Origin: Macrostomum lignano
Lineage: Eukaryota
Direction of reading: 5' to 3'
Length of the DNA stretch: 64,000 bases
Assembly (NCBI GenBank): GCA_002269645.1
Contig: NIVC01001054.1
Location: 208,744-272,743 of the forward strand
This document shows, in pieces, positions 35,736 through 52,969 of this stretch (position 1 is the stretch's first letter; every line of letters starts with the position of its first letter). A model generated the notes under the pieces. That model saw nothing but the letters and a program-made list of their open reading frames with translations, had not been told where the DNA came from and did no database searches. The position numbers were made by a program, and so were the translations under genes.

Positions 35736-37959
35736 CAGGAGGAGCAGGAGAAGCAGCCGGTGGTCTGGATGCCGAAAACCAGCGATGACAGCGGCTGCCC
35801 GCCCGGGCTCGAGTACCTGCTGCCACTCGATTAGGTGATGCTATAAACCAGAAAATCGATTACCTGGAAACTCTGACAAGGGTGGAGCAAACAGACAAAT
35901 ACGTGATCAAGAAGCCAGCAGATCTACACTGCTAAAGAGCGTAAGTACTTGCTCGTGCTCTGCACTACTAGTCTCCAGACAAGAGGGAGACCTATTGACC
36001 CATGTTGACCCATTGACTCACTTTAACCAATCGACTCACCTTGATCCATTGAACCATCTTGATCCATTGACTGAATTTAACCCGATCGACCCACTTTGAC
36101 CCACTGACTCATCTCGACTCATTGACTCACCGTGACCTATCTTGACTGATTGACTAAATTTGACCCATTGACTCACTTTGACCCGATCGACCCAACGATG
36201 TATTTCGATTCATCGACCCGAATTGACTCACATTGTCCCACATTGACCCATTGACTCAAGACACCTCACCGACGCGCCGCAGACTTTGAAGACTACGAGC
36301 GCATGTACTGCGGTAATCAGCGAGCATTCGACATGTCCGTGGAAGACTGCAATGGTCAGGAGGTGATCCACGTCAGCGGGCCCCACCGCTGCCAGTGCCA
36401 CTGAAGTGCAGCGCCTACTGCAGTGCTGCTTCGACACGGTCACGGTGGAGGCCCCGCCCGGTCGCAAAGCCGCGGCAAGGTGCGGCAGATCCACAGCTGC
36501 TGCATGGTGAAGTACGCCATCGAGGACAAGGAAGGCGACACCGTGCTGTACCTGACTGGGCTTCGCTATTGCAACTGCCCATGCCCGGGGCTGAAATCCC
36601 GTTCTCGGTGAGTCAGCTTCATGTTTCTGGATTAACATTCATAACTAAGTAGGTCAGTGCTCTTAAATTGGTAAGTCAGTGATCAGATTGGTGAGTCAGG
36701 GATCTGGTTGGTGGGTCAGGGATCTGGTTGGTGGGTCAGGGATCTGGTTGGTGGGTCAGGGATCTGGTTGGTGGGTCAGGGATCTGGTTGGTGGGTCAGG
36801 GATCTGGTTGGTGGGTCAGGGATCTGGTTGGTGGGTCAGGGATCTGGTTGGTGGGTCAGGGATCTGGTTGGTGGGTCAGGGATCTGGTTGGTGGGTCAGG
36901 GATCTGGTTGGTGGGTCAGGGATCTGGTTGGTGGGTCAGGGATCTGGTTGGTGGGTCAGGGATCTGGTTGGTGGGTCAGGGATCTGGTTGGTGGGTCAGG
37001 GATCTGGTTGGTGGGTCAGGGATCTGGTTGGTGGGTCAGGGATCTGGTTGGTGGGTCAGGGATCTGGTTGGTGGGTCAGGGATCTGGTTGGTGGGTCAGG
37101 GATCTGGTTGGTGGGTCAGGGATCTGGTTGATGGGTCAGGAATCTGGTTGGTGGGTCAGGGATCTGGTTGGTGGGTCAGGGATCTGGTTGGTGGGTAAGA
37201 TATCTGGTTGATGGGTCAGGGATCTGGTTGGTGGGTCAGGAATCTGGTTGGTGGGTCAGGGATCTGGTTGGTGGGTCAGGGATCTGGTTGGTGGGTAAGA
37301 TATCTGGTTGATGGGTCAGGATCTGGTTGATGGGTTAGAGATCTGGTTGGTGGGTCAGGGATCTGGTTGGTGGGTCAGGGATCTGGTTGATGGGTCAGGG
37401 ATCTGGTTGGTGGGTCAGGGATCTGGTTGGTGGGTCAGGGATCTGGTTGGTGGGTCAGGGATCTGGTTGGTGGGTCAGGGATCTGGTTGATGGGTCAGGA
37501 ATCTGGTTGGTGGGTCAGGGATCTGGTTGGTGGGTCAGGAATCTGGTTGGTGGGTCAGGGATCTGGTTGATGGGTCAGGGATCTGGTTGATGGGTCAGGG
37601 ATCTGGTTGTTGGGTCAGCAGGTATCTGGTTGATGGGTCAGGATCTGGTTGATGGATCAGGGATCTGGTTGGTGGTTCAGGGATCTGGTTGATGGGTCAG
37701 GGATCTGGTTGATGGGTCAGGATCTGGTTGATGGGTCAGCGATCTGGTTGATGGGTTAGAGAGCTGGTTGGTGGGTCTTGGTGGGTCAGAGATCTGGCAT
37801 GATGGGTCAGGAGGTCAAACAAGCAATGACTCGCTTTAAATGATGCTGGTGAAGTCGAAGGATGAGGACCAGGTGATCGGTTTCGTCGCTAAGAGGTGGA
37901 CCAACCTGATGCAGAAGGATTTGCACCTTTACACGAAGGCCTGGACATTTGCACCTTGA
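35736..37959 (+). pseudogene. decayed tandem paralog of the scramblase
   Basis: WMPKTSDDSGCPPGLEYLLPLD* (TAG at 35832-35834) followed by frameshifts. Exon 36283-36607 is homologous to exon 3 but has a TGA and several indels. The 37846-37959 segment LVKSKDEDQVIGFVAKRWTNLMQ-KDLHLYTKA lacks EYFTDADNFGITFP and has no clear AG acceptor. Confidence 0.85.
36690..37810. repeat. 20-bp minisatellite (paralog intron)
   Basis: Unit GGTGGGTCAGGGATCTGGTT; near-perfect from 36700 to 37130. Confidence 0.97.
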
Positions 37960-38469
37960 AAAATGGCTTGTTTTAATTTGAGAACATTAACAAAATATTA
38001 AATATGCGTAAATTTGCAGGACTTAAATGTACTTCGAGAAGAACAGAGCTGCCTGTGTATGCTAAAGTGAAGCCATTGACTCGATTGACTGCCAGGGATT
38101 ACTGATCACTACTATATTTAATCATTAAACTTTTTTATTAATGCTCGCACTTGTTTAACTAAGCAACAATCGAAGATATGTGTACACGCAGCGCACAATG
38201 TAGCAATGTGCCAACCTCGTAGAATAGAAACCAATCCACCAAGCAGACACAACAGCATGTGCTCTCCTTACTTTTCAAACTGCTGGATTCAGTTGACCCA
38301 GTTTCTTTTCCAGGCACAGATCCAATTCGTTTGGTTTGCCTTCATTTATTTATTCTTATTTGAAGTTTAATATAAGCTCTTGAGTAATAAATTAAAACTG
38401 CGTTTGTCACGTCAACTTATTAAAGCATGTGTGTTCTGCTTTATTGCTTACTGGCAATCTTGATCCTCT

Positions 38470-39245
38470 ACTTAACTCGTGATCCTGGCTCAGTCCCGAT
38501 CCAGTCCTGACTCAGTCCCGACCCATTCCTGATTCAGTTTCGGGCCATTCCTGACTCAGTCCCGATCCAGTCCTGACTCAATCCCGACCCATTCCTGACT
38601 CAGTACCGACCCATTCCTGACTCAGTCCTGACCCATTCCTGACTCAGTCCCGACCCATTCCTGACTCAGTCCCGACCCATTCCAAACCCAGTCTTGATCC
38701 ATTCCTGACTCATTCCCGACCCATTCCTAAACCAGTCCTGACCCATTCCTGACTTAGTCCCGACCCATTCCCGACCCATTCCTAACCCAGTCTTGACCCA
38801 TTCCTAACCCAGTCTTGATCCATTCCTGACTCATTCCCGACCCATTCCTAAACCAGTCCTGACCCATTCCTGACTTAGTCCCGACCCATTCCCGACCCAT
38901 TCCTAACCCAGTCTTGACCCATTCCTAACCCAGTCCTGACCCAGTCCCGACCCATTCCTGACTTAGTCCCGACCCATTCCTGACTCAGTCCCGACCCATT
39001 CCTGACTCAGTCCTGACCCATTATTCCTGACCCAGTCCCGACCCATTCCTGACTCAGTCCTGACCCATTATTCCTGACCCAGTCCCGACCCATTCCTGAC
39101 CCAGTCCCGACCCATTCCTGACTCAGTCCTGACCCATTATTCCTGACCCAGTCCCGACCCATTCCTGACCCAGTCCCGACCCATTCCTGACTCAGTCCCG
39201 ACCCATTCCTGATTCAGTTCCGGGCCATTCCTGACTCACTCCCGA
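38470..39245. repeat. ~22-bp minisatellite
   Basis: Unit CCTGACTCAGTCCCGACCCATT and variants. Confidence 0.93.
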
Positions 39246-39302
39246 CCGAAAACCTTACTAACTCTCGACCCACTCCTGGCCCACTCCCCACCCACCCCCA
39301 TC

Positions 39303-41111
<1,809 letters not shown>

Positions 41112-42280
41112 GGTGGCGAGTTTATACAAATAAATGAGTTGGATTTTGCTGGCTGGGATTTCTGCACAAATGCAGTGAGGAAAAAACAGGTGTAGGAACT
41201 CGCGGCTTTATTTACTACAGAAAATTGCATCTGCCAGATGCTGGGCGACTTTCGCAAGAAGCAAATATTTGACTGACAGATTTTTTTGTTTGAGCGATGC
41301 ATCCTCGATGGATGTGAGCAGATCCCCGGTGAGCAAGGTTTTGATAGGCAAATGGAAACTCAGCAAGCTTGGCAGGAATACGAGGAGGGTTTACCATGCT
41401 TTTAGTTCCTGGAATCGGACGAGCGTGTATTTCACATGCAAGCGCCCGGCGCTTCTGTAAACAGAGCTCAATTATCGCTAATTCCGATAGCTACCGTGTT
41501 TTTCATGAAAAATAGGGGTGTCATAAATGTGAGCTCAAACTCGCAATAGAGGTGACAGCATGCATGGTTACTGCACTCAGAGAAGGCATGAGCAGGGTTG
41601 CTTTGCAGAACTGTGGATCATTTGCAGAATCGCTGGATTGTGTAACATGTACATGTGCATTCAATTTTTACATAAAATCGTGGAAAAATAAAGGAAAATT
41701 TTAACCATGTACATGGACTACAAAAAATATGCCATGTTGAAGTTACGTTACACCATATTGTGGATGTAATGGGCCCTTGTGGGCTGCAAGCGGAGGCGGC
41801 GGAACGCGCGTGGATGGAACTTGCCCGAAGAAGTTAAGTGGTGCGAGAAAAATATGCACCAATGGTTTGTGGTTTAAAATCTAATTAGAACCTGACGATT
41901 ATATTACTATTACGAGCTAGTTAAGCTGTTTTAGGACGTTAATCTTCTGCGTAGATAATACGTACATTATTCGTAAAATCAGATGCGTAGATTTAAAGCA
42001 TTTTCACGCGACACTTTCAACGTGAAATCTACGTAAAATATCTACGTATATTCTACCAAAGTTTTGTTGATATTTAACGTACGCTCGTAATTTTAACGTA
42101 AATTTTGCGTAACTTTTCCAGTTGGGAGGTGAGCAGTAGGACGTCCTGAACAGATAGGGGGCAGTCGTATAGCCCTTTGGCCCAGATCACGTGGCCCGCC
42201 GCCATCCAAAGAGATCTGCCAACAAGGTGGTGGAGGCGTCAACTCCTGGAGTTTCAAATGTATCTGATCCCCCATCCAAC

Positions 42281-42440
42281 TCAGTCTCCGTATCCAAAAA
42301 ATCTAAACTTCGCGTCACCCATAAAATGCCGACTATATTAAAGGCTGGCTACAACACGGTGCGACAAGATCGGTCCTCTGGCTCAGAAGGTGGAGTGTTG
42401 GTACTCTTCGTTCATAACAACATCAAATACTGCAAATTAC
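42281..42440 (+). mobile_element. non-LTR retrotransposon AP-endonuclease fragment
   Basis: SKLRVTHKMPTILKAGYNTVRQDRSSGSEGGVLVLFVHNNIKY resembles the LINE EN motif E.KL....GY...R.DR....GGGV...V...I.Y. Confidence 0.6.
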
Positions 42441-43519
42441 CGCCTAATCGGCTGGCACAAAAGGGCGAAGTCTCGGGGGTTCCTTTGGAATTGACATTAC
42501 AAGTATTTGTCGTAACGACACGATTTGCACTGTTAATGGTATGTTCCACCGGTGAGCAGCTGCTCTGTGGGGTACTTGCCACCTGCAGGCGGCCTCTACA
42601 TCGGGTGCTAGCGCTAGTTGTAGTTCGCACGTGACACCGTTATCGTGATGTACTAAATGCAATCTTAAACAAAATTGTTAACTTTTTATTAACTATTTCA
42701 GTCAAATATAAATATTAAAAAGTCGTACACCCGTATGTATGCAAGATTTTTAGTTTTCTAAATTATCATGTGACACTTACCTTACTGTAGTTTTACACTG
42801 CGAGAAAAAATTATTACATTCGATTTCTTTAGAATCCAGGAATTTATTGTAATTAGGTAGGTACCTGTAAAGTGGTATAAAGTCAAGTGGGTAATTATGG
42901 GTAATTCAGTTATTATTTCATTTTTTATACGTGCGTCAAAACTTTTATCATTTGGAACAGACTAGCATAACTAGGGGGGGGGGTCACAACAGATTTGATG
43001 GAAAGTAGTATATAGTATTGTTTTAAAAAATCTTAATTATTTAATATTTTGTTGACAGGCCTGATATGCTAGGTACTTCTAAGTTCTAAAGTCAGACTTC
43101 TGAACAAAAAACTGAGGAGTAGCAAGTCAGGGAGAGCAGAAGGGATTTATAATCATGTTTTTGGTAATGTTTCTATTTTAACTTCAAAATACAATTTTAT
43201 TTGTAATATTTGTAGCATTCATACATTATTTCAGTATCATTACATGAGAATTTATTGAGCCTTGTAATTTTTTCTATTGATTGGATCTATCTTCTTGGCT
43301 TAATAAGTCTACTTGTTCAATAATTTATCACAATTTTTATTAGATTTTTTATAAAATTTAATTAAATAGGTTTTGAAAAACAAATTTTATAAATTAATTA
43401 ATATATAAATAATAATAATATAGGAAGTTGGTCAAGTATGCTAGAGTAGAGAAAATAAAAAGATAAGCAATACTATACTTGTGTATGGCATTATGCCAAT
43501 GTTTATGGCTACAATTAGT

Positions 43520-43810
43520 GACTAGTAGTTAGTATCAACATATGACTTGAAGAAGGTCAGAGGTTCAATTTCTAATCCCACATGAACAATTTGTATCCTT
43601 GAGTAAGACACTTACCTCTGCATTTTTTTCAGTTTACCCAGCTGTAAAATGGGTGCTAGCATTAACTGGGATAATTGAGGCTGTTTGGCAACCCAGTAGT
43701 ACATAGACTAAGCAGCTATATATAACTGTCAGATGTGCTATGCAATAGCTGCAGCTGAGCTGTCAGTTGCGCATCTAGCCCAATTGGGGCAGGTATAATC
43801 AATTATTATT
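43520..43810 (+). mobile_element. degenerate CORE-type SINE
   Basis: B-box-like GGTTCAATTTC followed by TCCTTGAGTAAGACACTTACCTCTGC...CAGTTTACCCAGCTGTAAAATGGG, similar to the CORE-SINE central domain; AT-rich ATT tail. Confidence 0.55.
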
Positions 43811-44171
43811 GATTATTACTAATGATAAATAAGGTTAAGGCTGCTATATATTCTGTATATGTTGATATACCACATACACAACAGTTGCATATATATTTGC
43901 ATGTATCATACTCATATATGCTAACTTGGGAGAGTTAGTAGAATGGGCAGTAATGTTTCTTGCCAGTTATGTGACAATGCCAATTTAAAGTATGCCAGGG
44001 TGTGCGCAGTAATCTGCCTTTAACTGAACTTTGAGCTGCTACATGAAATGGAAGTTTTTTTTAGGTTTAGTTTAAGCCTTTTGCAAATCAAGTGAAATAA
44101 TTAAAAAAATTAATTTTGCAGTACAAGCTATTCTAAACACATCAAATAATTTTTAAAAACTTGAAAGTATC

Positions 44172-46157
44172 ATGGCAGACAATGGGGAAAGTTTAAATTC
44201 GGAAGAGCCATCCAAGCCAGTGGAATTCACAGACAATTTGAGCAATCCCAATGATGAAGATGATGACGAATCCACTGAGCCGTGCAGGTCCAACTCAGAT
44301 GATTCTCAGCAGCCGCAGGCTCCGAGTCTGCCAGATGAGGATTCTCCTCAGCAGGAGCAGCAACAGCAATTGCAGTTGCAAAAGCAGCAACAACAGAAGC
44401 AGCAATTAGAATTTGTTGCAGACGATTTTGTAGCAAGGATTCGTGCAGCAAGCGCAGTGAAGTCTTCAATCAGCGGTTCCTCCATCAGCAGCTGGGCCTC
44501 GTCATCAAATTATGGCGCAGGTGGCAGTGCGGTGGCTGGTGCACCCGGCGTGGGAGTGAGCAGAAGCACCAGCTATCCTATTGGACTGCTGGCTCAGGTG
44601 GGTAGGGCGCTGCCTGTTGTTTTGCCTTTTTTCTGCATTTCCAAACTTGATAAGCTACTGCGAGTAGGCTGTTTGGAGTTTTGTTGAACCAACAGCAGAA
44701 AGTTTTTGATGAGAGATCCTAAAGAGTTTAAACGAAATTAAATGCTATGTGCAAGCAAGTTACAAAGGTGGAGTGTGAGGCAGACTGACAGAGATACGGG
44801 GTCAAACAGGGAGATGAGATGGGGTGAGACAGGGAGATGAGATAGGGTGAGACAGAGATGAGATGCGGTGAGACAGAGATAAGATTTGGTGAGACAGGGA
44901 GATGAGATGGGGTGAGACAGGGAGATTAGATAGGGTGAGACAGGGGGATTAGATAGGGTGAGACAGGGAGATTAGATAGGGTGAGACAGGGAGATTAGAT
45001 AGGGTGAGACAGGGAGATTAGATAGGGTGAGAAAGGGAGATTAGATAGGGTGAGACAGGGGGATTATATAGGGTGAGACAGGGAGATTAGATAGGGTGAG
45101 ACAGGGGGATTATATAGGGTGAGACAGGGAGATTAGATAGGGTGAGACAGGGAGATTAGATAGGGTGAGAAAGGGAGATTAGATAGGGTGAGACAGGGAG
45201 ATTAGATAGGGTGAGACAGGGAGATTAGATAGGGTGAGACAGGGAGATTAGATAGGGTGAGACAGGGAGATTAGATAGGGTGAGAAAGGGGGATTAGATA
45301 GGGTGAGACAGGGGGATTAGATAGGTTGAGACAGGAGGATTGGATAGGGTGAGACAGGGAGATTAGATAGGGTGAGACAGAGATAAGATGCGGTGAGACA
45401 GAGATAAGATGCGGTGAGACAGAGATAAGATGCGGTGAGACAGAGATAAGATGCGGTGAGACAGATAAGATGCTGTGAGATAGGGAGATAAGATGGGGTC
45501 AAACAGGGAGATGAGTTGCGGTGAGACAGGGGGATTAGAGGAGTCAAACAGGGAGATAAGATTGGTGAGACAGGGAGATGAGATGAAGTGAGACAGAGAG
45601 ATTAGATAGGGTGAGACAGGTAGATGAGACGAGGCTTTTTAATTTTGACACTGAAAGAAGTTTACCATTAAAACGGCATTCATTGTATAGACGCCATGTT
45701 CACTACCTGCCTACTTTTAGTAGACTGTAACGTGTATTGTAAAAATTAAAAGAAGACTCGGAAGGCATATTTTTATGAATGGTTTGCTAAAATTTGACCT
45801 TTCTGTGACCTTCCCTTCCATTAGGTGACCCCCGACGATATCCCAGAGATCGATCCTCACGCCCTCGCGGACTTGGAGACCCACGCCAGGCGTTTATCCG
45901 ATCAGCTGATCCACCTCACCGCCTCGCTTCGTGCCGGACTTCAAGCCGCCTGCGGCATCACTGCTCAGCACTCGCGGCTGCACAAACAGTCGGTTGATTC
46001 CGCCTGCGACACTGTGGAGACTGCCATCCGGCATATGTACGCTCTGATGGCCCGGTGCGAAGAAGTGGCCAGCGCCATGAGCTCTGTGCACCAGCTCAAG
46101 CACGATGTTGACAATGTGAAGAGAATTCTTGATCGGTTAGAGGCCTCTCTGCATTGA
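44172..46157 (+). CDS. BORCS6: BLOC-1 related complex subunit 6 (lyspersin), 252 aa
   Basis: Exons 44172-44597 (cag|gtgggt) and 45825-46157 (ttag|), phase 0. C-terminal IPEIDPHALADLE..AR.L...SVD..C..V...IRHMYALMARCEEV...M..V..L..DV..VKRILD.LE is the BORCS6 domain; N-terminus is acidic/Q-rich low complexity. Confidence 0.85.
44790..45630. repeat. 23-bp minisatellite (BORCS6 intron)
   Basis: Unit GGGTGAGACAGGGAGATTAGATA. Confidence 0.95.
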
Positions 46158-46162
46158 GCTGT

Positions 46163-47055
46163 GCGCTATCGGATGACCCCTCCCTGGTGCTATCGGATGG
46201 CGCCTCCCTGATGCTATCGGATGACCCCCCTGATGCTATCGGATGACCCCTCCCTGGTGCTATCGGATGGCGCCTCCCTGATGCTATCGGATGACCCCTC
46301 CCTGATGCTATCGGATGACCCCTCCCTGATGCTATTGGATGACCCCTCCCTGATGCTATCGGATGACCCCTCCCTGATGCTATCGGATGACCCCTCCCTG
46401 ATGCTATCGGATGACCCCTCCCTGATGCTATCGGATGACCCCTCCCTGATGCTATCGGATGACCCCTCCCTGATGCTATCGGATGACCCCTCCCTGATGC
46501 TATCGGATGACCCCTCCCTGATGCTATCGGATGACCCCTCCCTGATGCTATCGGATGACCCCTCCCTGATGCTATCGGATGACCCCTCCCTGATGCTATC
46601 GGATGACCCCTCCCTGATGCTATCGGATGACCCCTCCCTGATGCTATCGGATGACCCCTCCCTGATGCTATCGGATGACCCCTCCCTGATGCTTTAGGCC
46701 CTTCCTTGATGCTTCAGCTCCTTCCTTGATGCTTCAGGTCCTTCCTTGCATGATGCTTCAGGTCCTTCCTTGCATGATGCTTCAGGTCCTTCCTTGATGC
46801 TTCAGGTGGGATCTCCTTGATGCTTCAGGTAGGATCTCCTTGATGCTTCAGGTGGGATCTCCTTAATGCTTCAAGTGGGATCTCCTTGATGCTTCGGGTG
46901 GGATCTCCTTGATGCTTCAAGCCCTTCCTTGATGCTTTAGGTGAGATCTCCTTGATGCTTCAGATGAGATCTCCTTGATGCTTCAGGTGGGATCTCCTTG
47001 ATGCTTCGGGTGGGATTTTCTTGATGCTTCAGGCCCCTCCCTGATGCTTCAGGTC
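46163..47055. repeat. 24-bp minisatellite starting just after the BORCS6 stop, grading to a CCTTGATGCTTCAGGT family
   Basis: Unit ATGCTATCGGATGACCCCTCCCTG to 46693, then CTCCTTGATGCTTCAGGTGGGAT variants. Confidence 0.95.
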
Positions 47056-47489
47056 TCCCTAAACAGCGTTACACCTGTCTTCAAAAGGCGATTCAGTTCA
47101 CTACTTCAGTTATACAGAAAATACTCAGTAATGCGTCTTTCTAGATAAGCAAATTTACTAAACATTGTTGTTTTTAATTCGAGTCTGAACTGCATATACA
47201 ATATGATTGTTTCTTAGTAGCAATCTTGTATAGTAATGACTTTATGATCCTATTATGTTCATTAATCTATTTTGATTCTAACCTCAACCATATTGCACAG
47301 ACTAATGTAAATATACGCATGTCTGTTGGTCATAATAGTATATATATGGAATCTGATTAATTTCTTCGATGACATTCATTAATGTCCTTTGTAAATCACT
47401 TTCTTTCATTTTAATATTCCTATTGTATTTTGACATCGAATAGTTATCCAGAATATAACTCTTAGCGATTCCGAGGTGGATTGAAATAG

Positions 47490-48510
47490 GGAGATGGGGT
47501 AAGGCAGGGAGATGAGATGTTGTGAGACAGGGAGATGAGATGTTGTGAGACAGGGGGGTGAGATGGGGAGAAACAGGGTGATGAGATGTTGTGAGACAGG
47601 GAGATGGATGAGGTGACAGTAATGGAGTTGGGATAAGACACTGAGATGGATGAGGTGACAGTGAGGTAGATGGGATAAGACACTGAGATGGATGAGGTGA
47701 CAGTGAGGTAGATGGGATAAGACACTGAGATGGATGAGGTGACAGTGAGGTAGATGGGATAAGACACTGAGATGGATGAGGTGACAGTGAGGGAGATGGG
47801 ATAAGACACTGAGATGGATGAGGTGACAGTGAGGGAGATGGGATAAGACACTGAGATGGATGAGGTGACAGTGAGGGGAGATGGGATAAGACACTGAGAT
47901 GGATGAGGTGACAGTGAGGGAGATGGGATAAGACACTGAGATGGATGAGGTGACAGTGAGGGGAGATGGGATAAGACACTGAGATGGATGAGGTGACAGT
48001 GAGGGGAGATGGGATAAGACACTGAGATGGATGAGGTGACAGTGAGGGGAGATGGGATAAGACACTGAGATGGATGAGGTGACAGTGAGGGGAGATGGGA
48101 TAAGACACTGAGATGGATGAGGTGACAGTGAGGGAGATGGGATAAGACACTGAGATGGGTGAGGTGACAGTGAGGGAGATGGGATAAGACACTGAGATGG
48201 ATGAGGTGACAGTGAGGGAGATGGGTTAAAACACTGAGATGGATGAGGTGACAGTGAGGGAGATGGGATAAGACACTGAGATGGATGAGGTGACAGTGAG
48301 GGAGATGGGATAAGACACTGAGATGGATGAGGTGACAGTGAGGGAGATGGGATAAGACACAGATGGATGAGGTGACAGTGAGGGGAGATGGGATAAGACA
48401 CTGAGATGGATGAGGTGACAGTGAGGGAGATGGGATAAGACACTGAGATGGATGAGGTGACAGTGAGGGAGATGGGATAAGACACTGAGATGGATGAGGT
48501 GACAGTGATG
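47490..48510. repeat. 42/43-bp minisatellite
   Basis: Unit GAGATGGATGAGGTGACAGTGAGGGAGATGGGATAAGACACT. Confidence 0.96.
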
Positions 48511-48597
48511 GAGATAAAGTCAGTCTAAAAGTAGCATCAAAGACGCCACAGATTTGACTTACTGCGTGTGGCTCGTCTCGCACTCCGCAGCAGTGAG

Positions 48598-51348
<2,751 letters not shown>

Positions 51349-51721
51349 TTTATCACCCATGGTTTGGGGACAGGATTGACAACGAATTTATGGTTTCTGA
51401 TCTGCCCAGTGAGCTCTGCAGTGAATTTTGGTCAGTTTATTATGACTGTAGCTTATTTCTGTCTGTCTGTGTGTCCTGTGTTTATCTATGTAATATAATC
51501 ATGAATACTCATTTATTAATAAATACAGAATTAAGCTAAAACGGCCCGTTTTAATTAACTCAACGTTCTAGTGTTTTATATTCAAAACCATTTATAAATT
51601 TTTATGAGAGAAGTGTTTGGATCAAATGACTCAATTAAATGTCAGCCAGTGGCCAAATTTTCCGGGTTTTTGGTTGAAGTTTTTACTTGCTACTATCGAA
51701 TATCGATGTTTCATAATATGG

Positions 51722-51889
51722 ACAGTCAGTCAGTTTGTTTGTTTGTTTGTCATTTAGTTAATTTGTTAGTTTGTCAGTTAGTTAGTTATTTAGTTATTTA
51801 GTTAGTTAGTTAGTTAGTTAGTTTTTTTTTTTTGTTTGTTTGTTTGTTTGTCAGTTAGTTAGTTAATTTGTTAGTTAGTTAGTTAATTT

Positions 51890-51945
<56 letters not shown>

Positions 51946-52420
51946 ATTTGTTAGTTTTTTTTTTTGTTTGTTTGTTTGTTTGTTAGTTAGTTAGTTACTT
52001 TGTTAGTTAGTTTGTTTGTTTGTTAGTCAATCAGTTAGTTAGTTAGTTAGTTAGTCATTCAGTCAGTCAGTCAGTCAGTCAGTCAGTCAGTCAGTCAGTC
52101 AGTCAGAGTCAGTCAGTCAGTCAGTCAGTCAGACAGTCAGTCAGTCAGTCAGTCAGTCAGTCAGTCAGTCAGTCAGTCAGTCAGTCAGTCAGTCAGTCAG
52201 TCAGTCAGTCAGTCAGTCAGAGTCAGTCAGTCAGTCAGTCAGTCAGTCAGTCAGTCCATCAGTCAGTCAGTCAGTCAGTCAGTCAGTCAGTCAGTCAGTC
52301 AGTCAGTCAGTCAGTCAGTCAGTCAGTCAGTCAGTCAGAGTCAGTCAGTCAGTCAGTCAGTCAGTCAGTCAGTCAGTCAGTCAGTCAGTCAGTCAGTCAG
52401 TCAGTCAGTCAGAGTCAGTC
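51722..52420. repeat. (GTTA)n/(GTTT)n/(GTCA)n microsatellite
   Basis: Tetranucleotide runs. Confidence 0.96.
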
Positions 52421-52969
52421 CCAAATACATACATTATAAGAATATGCGTGTAAACGTGTTTACAACCCATAAGCCAGATTAGACCGTTTTAACAGAGTCA
52501 TATGACTTTAAATTCAACCATATAGCTAGCAATATGCAATATGTATTCATATGTAAAAAGTGTTTAATAATTTTAGCTTGCCTGGAAAAGGCTCATCTGG
52601 CATCTCCGCAGTCACATGCCTCACGAGTCGCTCAAGCTACTGCTCTTATCTTTGTATTGGATATTTGCCCTGGCAGTGTACTGAAGCACTGTACATACAG
52701 CCTATGAGCAGTTACTCAGAATCTTATCTTTGAGTAATGTTTACGCAGACTAACTAATTCACAGAGCACAAATCGCAATTTTCTGTGGGAATATAAAACT
52801 CAAAATTGGGATTCAGGTTTATTCTTAAGCGAGTAGTCAACTCAACCATTGTTTGTATTAGCTAACTAAACACCTGCAAATTTTTGTGGTAAGTATTACT
52901 TTTTTAAAAACTGCACAAATAGCTTGAAATGTGTCGAATTGGGAAAAACCTGAAGATCTTAACTTAACA

